A DNA stretch of 64,000 nucleotides from Antedon mediterranea (lineage: Eukaryota; Animalia; Echinodermata), in the NCBI RefSeq assembly GCF_964355755.1, contig NC_092670.1:9352201-9416200 (forward strand), read 5' to 3'. The translations under genes and the position numbers were made by a program. How positions within the stretch are numbered: the first letter of the stretch is position 1; each line of letters starts with the position of its first letter. Positions 39,401 through 49,363 of the stretch are shown here, piece by piece. The notes beneath the pieces are model-generated. The model worked only from the letters and a program-made list of their open reading frames with translations, did no database searches and was not told the origin of the DNA.

Positions 39401-39880
39401 ATCTGTGACATCCTCAACCTTTTGTAGCTTAATACCAACAGGTATGTACGATGTCTGTCTAGTTGGGCATTTCCTGCGGCGTTTTATTTCTTTCATTGCT
39501 ATGGCTTCTTTGCCTTCTGGGAAAGACTCCAAGTACCTCTTAAAGTTGAATTTGTTAATACTAAGTGAACTTGTACTTGGAATTTCATTAGCCATTTTAA
39601 TAACAAAACATACTGCATATTCCAGTACATTTTCGACCATCCACTTGAATGTTTGTCCACTGTATTTACAATGCTGAAACTTGTAGCAGCCCAACACATC
39701 ACATTCATCTTTGGTGTTTCCACCCAGCCTGCACACCTCCTTCAAGGCATCTTGCCGTACATCAGGAGTTAGACACTTGCCAGTTGGTCGTTTTCTCAAG
39801 CTGTTAAATACTACAGCAGCAGATGTATCTTCAAGAATTAAGGCACCCTCTTCACTGCGCCGAAAAGTTGGTCTGAACAT
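33448..39880 (-). pseudogene. Dada-type DDE transposase with N-terminal Cys cluster (DUF6729-like); exons 39337-39880, 39030-39101, 38119-38915, 37204-37999, 36605-37104, 36234-36496, 35903-36151, 33448-33979; premature TAG at 37526-37528
   Basis: All splice sites are GT-AG and phase-consistent. Catalytic motifs are D(STK), D(RDCC), DxxH (DIWH) and E(SFH). An AAG>TAG change relative to copy 1 truncates the protein before the catalytic E. Confidence 0.88.
33998..35824. mobile_element. Non-autonomous hAT-like element inserted in the last intron of copy 2, containing 3 x 375-bp tandem units
   Basis: TIR CAGGGCCGTAGCCAGG / CCTGGCTACGGGCCTG (15/16). It is absent from the same intron of copy 1. 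Imperfect AAATCAA/ATATCAA duplication; units start at 34101, 34476 and 34851. Confidence 0.88.
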
Positions 39881-41088
39881 ACTGTACTGTCTATTGAACA
39901 CCTGCAAAACTAAAAAACCTGATCAAAGGCAAAAATATATGTAAGTAAAGTATGTGAAAAAAGAAAATTTTACCCGTATAATGCCACTGTGCACCGTGCA
40001 GTTGTAGTAAATGGCTGTAAATAAAAGAAATCAAATCTAAATAAAATAAAATATCTGTGGGTTAAAATTTCTCAAGTAATAATTAATAGTAGACCAAGAC
40101 TTTAAATGTAAAATATTAATAAAATGAATTACATATAGCATTAAAACATATCTACTAAGAACAAACTATTTTATCTAAATTAAATTAAGAAAATATTACA
40201 TATGAATAATTATGTTTTTTTTTCAATTAAAAAAAACTATATAAAGAATTACAACATAAATTAGAGTAAATTGAATAATCTTTGTTTATTAAACAGTGTA
40301 TGTATCAACTCTTTGATCCCTGAGCACTTCCTTTAATGCAATCAAATTATTTGAGAATCTTATCTAAATCCACAAATACAGTTGATTGCCTAATTAAACG
40401 AATGCTTTAGATCAAAGAGTTGAAGCCTACACTTAATTAAACAATCATTATAATAAAAGTTAAATTGTTTATCTATCAATTAAAAGGGTTGACATGTGAA
40501 CAAGGCTTTAGTCTGTTTCCCATGGATGCTATTCTGATACAGCACACATTTAGTTTTTTATAGTTTAAAATTATGTTTAGGCCTAAAATCTATTACAGGG
40601 TACATAGGCTAGTCTAACTAGTAGTAGGATTGTTAAAATATTAAATAAATTAAACTTTAAAGAATAGCTTAATTACTTTAAACTAAATTTATTTACTATG
40701 GGATGGTTCTACGATAAATACTAATCTAAGCCTAGGCCTAGTCTAAACTACTGTAGTAAGTTTTGAAGAAAAAAAATAACAGAGAGCCCTAAGTAGGTAG
40801 CGTCTTACTAGGGCCTAGCCCTTACAGGCCCATGGTTTGACTTACAATTCATGGCAACCAAAAAAGATCTAGGCCTACCTAGTCCTAGAGGTCTTTCTAT
40901 CTAGCCTACTAGCTAGGCCTAGGCTATATAGTAAAGGCATGCGTTATTGTTAATACTTTATGAAATATATGAAGGCCTATTGGTAATTAGGGGGATAAGT
41001 AATAATAGCAAATGCATTTTACCAAACACAGAGCAGACTACCGCCAACAAGAATTAGCGTCGGCACCCATACAAACACATTTGCTAGG

Positions 41089-43317
41089 CCATGGCATAGT
41101 TTCTACGCCGTGGTTAGGATTCCGGCACCGGAACTCAACTGCCCAGCGTTAGGGAATCCGACACGCTATTGCGCATGCCCAGATCGAGGTAATCGGCGAC
41201 TCTATACCAAAGATTGTATAGCGGCGCGCGATTTTTTTTTCCGTACGAGAGTTCCTCCATCGGTTCGTTTCGGACTCAATCGACTCTTCGGTAAGCCACC
41301 GATGCGTGACAGCAACCACAAGACAAAACGTGAGCAGCTTTTTTGCACGAGTGACAGATTTATACATACTAGAGGCCTAATACTATACTCACTGTAAATA
41401 TAATAATAAATATTAATAGTAGTACTGAACGTCATTGTAATAATAATAATATGCCTAGAATTTTAATAATGTAATACTGTATAGGCAGCCACAAACCAAT
41501 GTATGTACCATCAGATTCACAAACAGTAACACACACACAGCAGCAGCACTTTGTTGGTCGTCACAAGCAAGGCCTAGCTAGCCTAGCCCTACGTACGTGT
41601 GCTTCAATGTAGTACATTTCCATCTACTGTACTATTTTTTATTTTAATAAAATGAAGTAGTAGGTTAGAAATTATATGTACAAAAGTAACACTAGCAGAT
41701 GTTTTTATCAAGAAAATTACAATTTTCTTCAGGTTTTTAAGTGTAACATTTGAAAAATTGTATACAGGCCTAGTATTTAGTAACATGTATTCTTGTAAGT
41801 TGATGTATAGAAACACATGCTTGCTTATAAATATAATAATTGATGATAGTATCACATATAATTATAAGCTTCCTGGAAAATGTGTTATTATTAAATGTAT
41901 TTGTACTATTGCAGTCGTGTCAGTAACGTAATTGAATGTTTTTTACTTTGCATGTATTTTTTATGATTTTCCAAATTACATATACACATAATAAACAATA
42001 ATATTAGTTGTAGGTCTATAACTTAATTAAAACTCCAAAATTGCCTATTATTAAAAGTCTGAACTTCTTTTTTTCAAGATTGGGGATAATTAATACGTAC
42101 ACCTTTAACGTAAAATTTCCATTACCTTACAATATAAATATTAATTTAATAATATTATTTTAAAAGGTATAAAAAACATACACTGTGCATAGGAATTCCT
42201 TAATACCTTGCATATAGGCTTACACAAGCTTGGCTAGGCTAGCTACAGGCTAGCTACAATACCATAAACGATAAAAGAGCCTCTCTACTCGTTCGTGACA
42301 AAAGGTCGTTGGAACAACTTCAAAAAATAATATCTGATACGACCTACTATTGGGTCGTAGACCTAAATATCTCCAATATGCTATTGGGTTCTTAATGTAA
42401 TTACTAAGTAGGCCTAGTATTTATTAATTAATGTCATCAAAACACGTATTAGTGTAGATTCATTTTACTATTGTGAGAGCCTGTGTGAAAGTAAGCTCGC
42501 GGTTTGTAAATGTAAATTGTATTATGTTGTCACGCATCAGTGAGCTGACTTTACCGAATACCGAAGAGAGTCGATTGAGTCCGAAACGAACCGATGGAGG
42601 AACTCTCGTACGGAAAAAAAAATCGCTAGCGGCGCTATTATAATCTTTGTCTATACTTTTCAACAGCGATGGATCATTTCATAGCTACTAGCCTAGATGC
42701 CTATAATACGGGATCCACTAATCTAGGATAGGGCTACCAGTTAGACGTGACCAGTGGGGCCTATTTATTTTGTAATTAAAAAGTGGTTGCTTCATTCATA
42801 TATAAACTTCATATCATTATGAATTATATAATTACATGACTAGTTTATGATTTTTCATAACGCATTATACTGTATACGGTACATAACAACATGCAATCAC
42901 AAGTTGATTTGTTGACGGCAGCAACCGCGTGGATGTGAAAAAACTGTTCGGGAAGTCAGGGTCGCAACGCTAAAAACAGCATTACGATTCTTAGATAGAT
43001 ACTGATACTTATTAATATCATTATGATTATTTTAACGCGTGGCGTAGTATTATTTTAATTATTAATTCATTCATTCATGTATGGCATAGGCCAAGTTTCA
43101 TCCATCGCTCTCTCCCCCGCGCAACGACTATCTAGGCTACAGTAAATCCCTATAACACTCCGACTCTCGGCGGTGGTGTGGTGTGTGTGTGGCAAGCAGC
43201 TATAATTCACTTCCCAGAGCTCTGGGCATGCGCAATAGCGTGTCGGATTCCCTAACGGTGGGCAGTTGAGTTCCGGTGCCGGAATCCTAACCACGGCGTA
43301 GTTTCTATTGACTATGG
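41089..43317. mobile_element. Non-autonomous TIR element (~95-bp TIRs) in a 5' intron of copy 2
   Basis: ctacgccgtggttaggattccggcaccggaactcaactgccca..gcgcatgcccaga is inverted at 43221-43301. CTAGG lies on both flanks (41084-41088, 43318-43322). Confidence 0.8.
41203..42655. mobile_element. Second TIR element nested inside 41089-43317
   Basis: ~110-bp inverted arms (cgattttttttccgtacgagagttcctccatcggttcgtttcggactcaatcgactc), with TATA at both extremities. Confidence 0.7.
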
Positions 43318-43559
43318 CTAGGCCTAGGCCAAACAAGTTATCAACACTTTAAATGCCGATTTCAAGCATGAAATCAATTTCGCTCTTACCTTTAATGCAA
43401 GTACACGTTCGAGTTGAATACAGCTACTACCAGAATTCGCCTTGAAATTAATAATAATAAGTCTAGAGGATTTGTAAAAAGATGTTGTCGCATGTAAGTC
43501 TCTGGACAAAATCTCATCATTGTTTGTGTTGTGAAAAACTTGTTGAAGTCACATATTAA

Positions 43560-43700
43560 TTACGTCACTTTTCAGTGTTCTGATTGGTCAAAATGACAAA
43601 TTTGGAACAATTTTTCTAATGCTCTGATTACGTCACTTTTCAGTGCTCTGATTGTTCAACTTTTGGAACGCTTTCCGCTGCTCTGATTGGTCAATCAGTT
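43560..43700 (-). promoter_or_regulatory. Putative Pol II promoter of copy 2 (CCAAT boxes and CRE-like TGACGTAA)
   Basis: Repeated tgattggtca and ttacgtca upstream of a non-coding first exon (donor near 43389); conserved in copy 3. Confidence 0.6.
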
Positions 43701-44359
43701 GTTCAATTCATTGTCCAATTCTACAGCACATATTGGGTTATTTGTAGCGCAAATCCACGGCCCGATCTTCTCTGTCAAAAAAACAAAAAAACGCAAAAGA
43801 AATTGGAACGGTCCGCGTGGGGTCATTAAAAAGTCGTGTGGGGTAATTAAATTTTCATGAATAAACATGAGCAATGTCTGTGAGGGGCCCCGTTGCAGGG
43901 AAATGCTCGAAAATAATTCCCTGTTAGCTAAACTTTAAGAAAAGTTTTTACTTTTGAAAAAAAGAGAGGGCGGGCTTTACACTGCTTTTGCTAATAATTC
44001 TTTTTGATAGGTTTATTGTGTAACAGGATTTATTTATTTAAACAACAAAACATACCCTGTGTACTACGGTACAAAGATTTTTTGTTGGAAAAATGTGTTG
44101 TAACTAGGATTTTTTAATATAATCAACAAAAATCATACAGTTATTATTAATAATTATTTATTTTTATTTAAGAAAAGTTTTAACATTTAAAAAAATATAT
44201 ATATATATATACTATACACTGCTTTTATTAATTGTTTGGTAGGAATATTATGTAACCAGGATTTATTTAAACAACAAAACATACCCTGTACTATAGTACA
44301 AAGATTTTTTGTTGAAAATGTGTTGTAACATACAGTATTTATTAATTTATTTTTATTCT

Positions 44360-44645
44360 AAAAAGTTTTCCCTCTGCTTTTTTGTAAGGGCTTGGGACCT
44401 TCAAATACAAAGAGCAATGATTTGAGAGTAAATTATTGTTAATCATTTAAAAGGTAATTATTTTCCCTCTGCTTTTTTGTAAGGGCTTGGGACCTTCAAA
44501 TACAAAGAGCAATGATTTGAGAGTAAATTATTGTTAATCATTTAAAAGGTAATTATAATAATAAACTTTAATTATTTTCTTACAAATTACAGAATTCACT
44601 ACTTTAATCATTGCTCTTTGCATTCGGCAGCATTAAAAACTTTTT
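44360..44645 (-). ncRNA. Twister ribozyme (type P1) in the transposase 3' UTR, copy 3, with duplicated 3' half
   Basis: UAAUGCUGCC..GAAGGUCCCAAGCCCUUACAAAAAAGCAGAGGG core with a ~20-bp P3 stem. A 95-bp tandem duplication supplies two 3' halves. Predicted cut between 44635 and 44634. Confidence 0.9.
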
Positions 44646-44924
44646 TTTAGTGTCGTGCAGTGACTGGACATCAATTCCGCAGAATCAATTCCAAGTTTTG
44701 ATGGCATTTCCTCCACCAAGGGTATTACAGACACGATATACCCAAATTCGGGTGTACGGGGGACACCCATTCCAGGTTTTTATACACCGCCCAGTATTCG
44801 GTGTTGGCGATAGCTGGCTGTACTGTCCGACACCCGAAGATGCCACGCCACAGTAGCAACAAAGTTGGCCAGACACTCGGCTAAATTCTGTCACATACAC
44901 ACACTATTTCCGCAAAGTCAGAAT

Positions 44925-47900
44925 TTATTTCTTCTGCTGTTTACGGAGGCGACGTTGAGCAGCCATAGCAGTTTTCCACTCTTCCATGGTTTGATTTGAC
45001 TTAGCAGCACAATACCAAGTCCCGTAATACTGAGCGTGGTTTTCCATCAGTCTCGGTTGTTTGCACTGAGAACACACACTCACTGATGTTCTTGGCTTGT
45101 AGCGTTTTACTTGTTTACCTTCAGCTATTCTGTTCGCTGCTTGTTTCCTGTAGTAGGCGACGCTTCTAGGTATCGGTGTCTCTACAGGAAGGCTGCTGCT
45201 GCTACTGGCTGCAGGGGCAGATGACGTAGAAGGTAGTGGTGGTATTGCCATCTTACCCGGTGGAACTGGAATTGACGTTTTGTTCCTTACTGTCGCTTGC
45301 CCAACAGTGCTCTCTGGCAGGACAAATGTGAATGATGGAGCGATCGTCGACGTGTATAGCACTGCTGGCTTGATCAAAGGTTCGGGCAAGGCTCTAGAGG
45401 TGACAAGCTTGGGTTTGATTGCAGATATGCCAGATTCCAAGACTTGCCGCTCTTGCTTCTTCGATGTTCTGTTGTACCTGTTGAAAATAAGCAAAATAAT
45501 TGAAAATGAGATTGTATTTATAGCAAAAACACCACCACCACCACAGAAACAGAAAGTAAGAAACTTACCACTGTATCAGTGTGGTACGGTTTATTTCCAT
45601 CAACTGAAGCGGAGCAAACGACGAAAGGTGTCCGTTCGTTAGCACTTTGCGACGGATGTTCTTGTAACCCTTGACGATGAGGGGCCAGCGCTGCGATCGG
45701 TTGCCTCCGACTGAGATGACGGTAGATGGGTAGGCTTCACACAGTTTTGTTATAAGGCACTCCATGTACCGATTGCAGTCTGGCCATTGGGCTGGTCCGG
45801 TGTTTTGACCCAAGAAGCATCTGTAATATTTAAAAAGAATATTGTATTAACATTTGATTACATTAACATCAACTCGCATCCATCACATCAACCAACAAAT
45901 TGAACAAAAAGTAGGAAACTGTCTTACCGTCTAGTGCTTTCGACACCTGGGATTACTGTCGTTTTACTCCTTTTGAACCTGCCCTTGGACAGGTAATCTT
46001 GATGTCGTGATTGGCGTTTGATGATTTTGTCAAAAGGGTCGAGGTTGTTCCATAGCTGTGTAATCTGCTCGGCTTGAGTTTTACTTATGACCCCACTGTC
46101 TTCTTTGAACTGGAATAGACAGTCGGCCAGGGCTTCTACCTTTGCATACCCTGAGATGTTGTCCGGTCCTGCAGAATCCTCGAGCTCCTGTAATTGTTTT
46201 GAATGTGAATTTTTTAAATGTTTTCCGTATATTTATGACACTCAAAGGGAAGAGGGAAAAACCAAAAAAAAAGTAAAAGAACAGAACAAACTCATTGTCA
46301 ACAGTCATTCATTAAAAATATTAGGGTTATATAAGAGACAAGTTCCTTAAAAAATGAAGAGACAAACAAAATATATGTATATACACAATATAATAATATT
46401 GATTAAAAAAAAACTACTTACAGTGTCGATAGGAGCTGCGTCTTCTTCAGCATCACTACCATCATGTGATGATGGAGGCTGCTGCGGGATCGGCGAGGGT
46501 TGCCTAACTTCCGGAGGCGCACGATGATGACGTCCACCCAATCGGCGAAGTGATGGAGGTTCGTAGTCCGGTTGAGTTTTGTCATCATACCCTTCGTCAA
46601 CATCGAAAGTGTACACTTCTTCGTCAAAGTCTGCATCGTCACTTTCATCATCTGAAAAGTGAGTTTCGAGTACTTTGTTCGTTTGGTTGTACAAGTACTC
46701 GACTCCGATGAGCTCCCCGGTGTACTTGATCGGAAGGACGAAACTGTTGTACAACTTCTTACCAAACACTTGCTCTGCCAGTGTGTTCAGGCCATGCTGG
46801 TGTAGCCCACTGTATGTGTTGGGATGTGGGGCTCCAGACTGTGTGGCAGCTACTGCCCGATTTGTGTTCCATCGCACAAGTCCATCCATCAGGTAAGCCT
46901 GAAAGTGAACGTCGCTAGCACGCTCACCTGTAAAGCAAAACCAAAAATGATTGTTAAAAAACAATAAGTAGTTCCATCGTACAAGTCCATCCATCAGCTT
47001 GGAAATGAAAATCAACCTGTTAAAAAAAATTATTGTTAAAACAGCAGTTACAGTTTCATCACACAAGTCCATAAATCAGGAGGCTTGGAAATAAAATTGT
47101 CAGCATGCTCACCTGTTAAGTAAAGTGGAAAATAAGTAGATATCAAATAATAATGAATACCTGGAATGAACCTGTTGAGGTGAAGATGGAACGATTCCAA
47201 GGAAGTGGAGCCTCTTGCACAACGGTAGACTGGTAAGGTGACTCCACCCTTGATCATCTCACTGGTTTTAACATAGAGCTGAATGCCTTCTGGGTCCTGA
47301 ATGCAGGCAACGTGTCGCTCTTGCGAGTTCCAGATCTCCCAGGTACGGTCAGAGTCCAAGAGTGGGACGCCCAACGTGTCGCGGCCTTCTTCACCATCGA
47401 GCGAAGTGAGGAGTTCTCGGATCAGGTTAGCTGTCTCCCGAGTTCCTCGTGTAGTTCTGCGACAATGCAAAGCAAACTCCCTCTTGCTGATGTTTTGCAA
47501 GATGATGTCATCTGTCGGGTCGGAGTGAGCTTTGCTGGCGATGAGCTGTCCACGCTTGGCACGCTTCAGGCGCTCAACATCTTCAGCGCTCCACTCAAAA
47601 ATGCAAGCGGATAGACGCTTGAGAAATATTGGGTACAGCTGGTGCGATTCTGTTGCACAGGCTGCAGCAATTTTTCTCATGAAGTGCCAGATGTCCAGGC
47701 GAATATGCATGTCGGGCCAGACGCTGAACATCTTGGTCATGGTTGAACGTCCACAGCAGTCACGATCAACATACAGAATCTCTGCGGGAGGTACGCCAGC
47801 CGAGGCATATCGGTCGATGATGCCTTGGATCATTTTTTCCACACCACATCCTTCTGCAGCAGTCAGGACCGAAATGAGCACCTGGCCGTGCTCATTTCCA

Positions 47901-49083
47901 ACGTTTGTTGCCCATGCCGCTGTTCCAGAAGCGTAGCCGGCTAGCTTTTTGACAATCTGTTAAAAAAAAAAAAAAAGGCTTATATATTTAATAAGTGAAT
48001 AAACAGAAATATTAAATCTTCTTGACCACAAATCTGAGAAGGAAAAAAAATGATTAACAAGTAATGAAAGGAATGTTAAAGCTTCAACACAGCACATCTG
48101 CAGAAAAAAATAGTGAATTGAATAAACAAAACAAGAAATGTAATGTAGAAGACAAAAAATGCATTGTTAATGAAATGGTATGTTTCTACTGTGTTGCTTA
48201 CTTTTTTGGTCGAGTCAATCTTTAACACTCTCCCAAATGTTGACGTGATTGAAGCCTTGAGCTCGTCGATTCTTCGCATTACATCGTTGGAGTAAATGGT
48301 GAGGAACCACTTGACAGAGGGCACTGGGATCATTTCTGATACCTGGTCGAATTTTGGTGCAGTAATAAGACCACTGTCACGAGCATCACAGAACTTCTTG
48401 CAATCTTGCAAATAGAGAGCCACTCTCTCGTTCCACCGTCTTGCATGTTGCTCCAAGACTTGTTGGCGAAGCTGCGAAGGGCTGTTGCCAAATCCGCGGT
48501 ACTTGAGGAGCTGCAGCACCCGGTTGTCGCATGCTAGGCGGTACGAAAGTACAGCGGGGAACTGGAGTCGATGTGGTAAATCAAGTTGTTCCAATATGTT
48601 GTTGCTCCAGCCGATTTGTTTTGCGTGGCAATTAGGGCACTCCAGGTACTCCGTTGCGAGTATGTAGTGGCAGTCTAAGTCCAGGACCAGACGAACGTGT
48701 CTGTAGAGACCGGCAGATGTGAGTGGCCGGTTCTTGCATCCTGGTCGAGTGCAGACTAGCTTGATTAGCCAGATCTTGCGTGGCATCCAAAGAAGGAGAC
48801 GATGGCCGAAGTAGCTTCTGGCTTTTGGTATGTTCTTGCAGAGCAAATCCGGTTTTGGTGGGTCGAACCACATTTGCTTGAGTTTGGTAGAATCCAACTC
48901 TGCAGTCCCCTTCTTTGATTCCTTGAATAAGGCTTTGGAAATCCACTCTTGGTCAATCTCGGACAAAGTCTGTTTCCATCCTTCTGGTACAAGGCAGTCT
49001 GAAATAAAATTTGACACTATAATTTATACAATAAAATCAAATAAATTCTTTAACCAAATTAAATAACATTAAATGGTTAGTCA

Positions 49084-49124
<41 letters not shown>

Positions 49125-49363
49125 TCAGTCAGTCAGTCAGTCAGTCAGTCAGTCAGTCAGTCAGTCAGTCAGTCAGTCAGTCAGTCAGTCAGTCAGTCAG
49201 TCAGTCAGTCAGTCAGCCAGTCAGTCAGTCAGTCAGTCAGTCAGTCAGCCAGCAACTGAATTATACACTATTCATACATTAAACTGAATTGTTGGTTTCA
49301 AAATAAACAAAACATAAATAAATAATTACCTTGCCCCTTTGACCAAGAGACTGTCGTAGGCAT
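44925..49363 (-). CDS. Dada-type DDE transposase, open spliced frame of 1065 aa; exons 49330-49363, 48202-48998, 47161-47956, 46422-46927, 45928-46187, 45569-45820, 44925-45477
   Basis: No stops or frameshifts found by manual splicing. Motifs LKIDSTKK, LYVDRDCC, LDIWHFMRK and RGSTSLESFH; Cys cluster C-x4-C..CPNC; C-terminal CSQC..H..YC. The start codon is inferred because the large first coding exon of copy 2 is missing here. Confidence 0.78.
49078..49250. repeat. (AGTC)n/(AGCC)n microsatellite in a transposase intron
   Basis: About 43 tetramer units. Confidence 0.95.

Larger units (their letters stand above)
32215..43752 (-). mobile_element. Dada-like DNA transposon copy 2 (full length, with secondary insertions)
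   Basis: Bounded by GCGCAA (32209-32214 and 43747-43752), with subterminal aatcttctc, no TIRs and an 8-coding-exon transposase gene. The right end is homologous to that of copy 3. Confidence 0.85.

Noticed and set aside
49073-49282. (SQSV)n ORF
   Set aside because: Translation of an (AGTC)n microsatellite.
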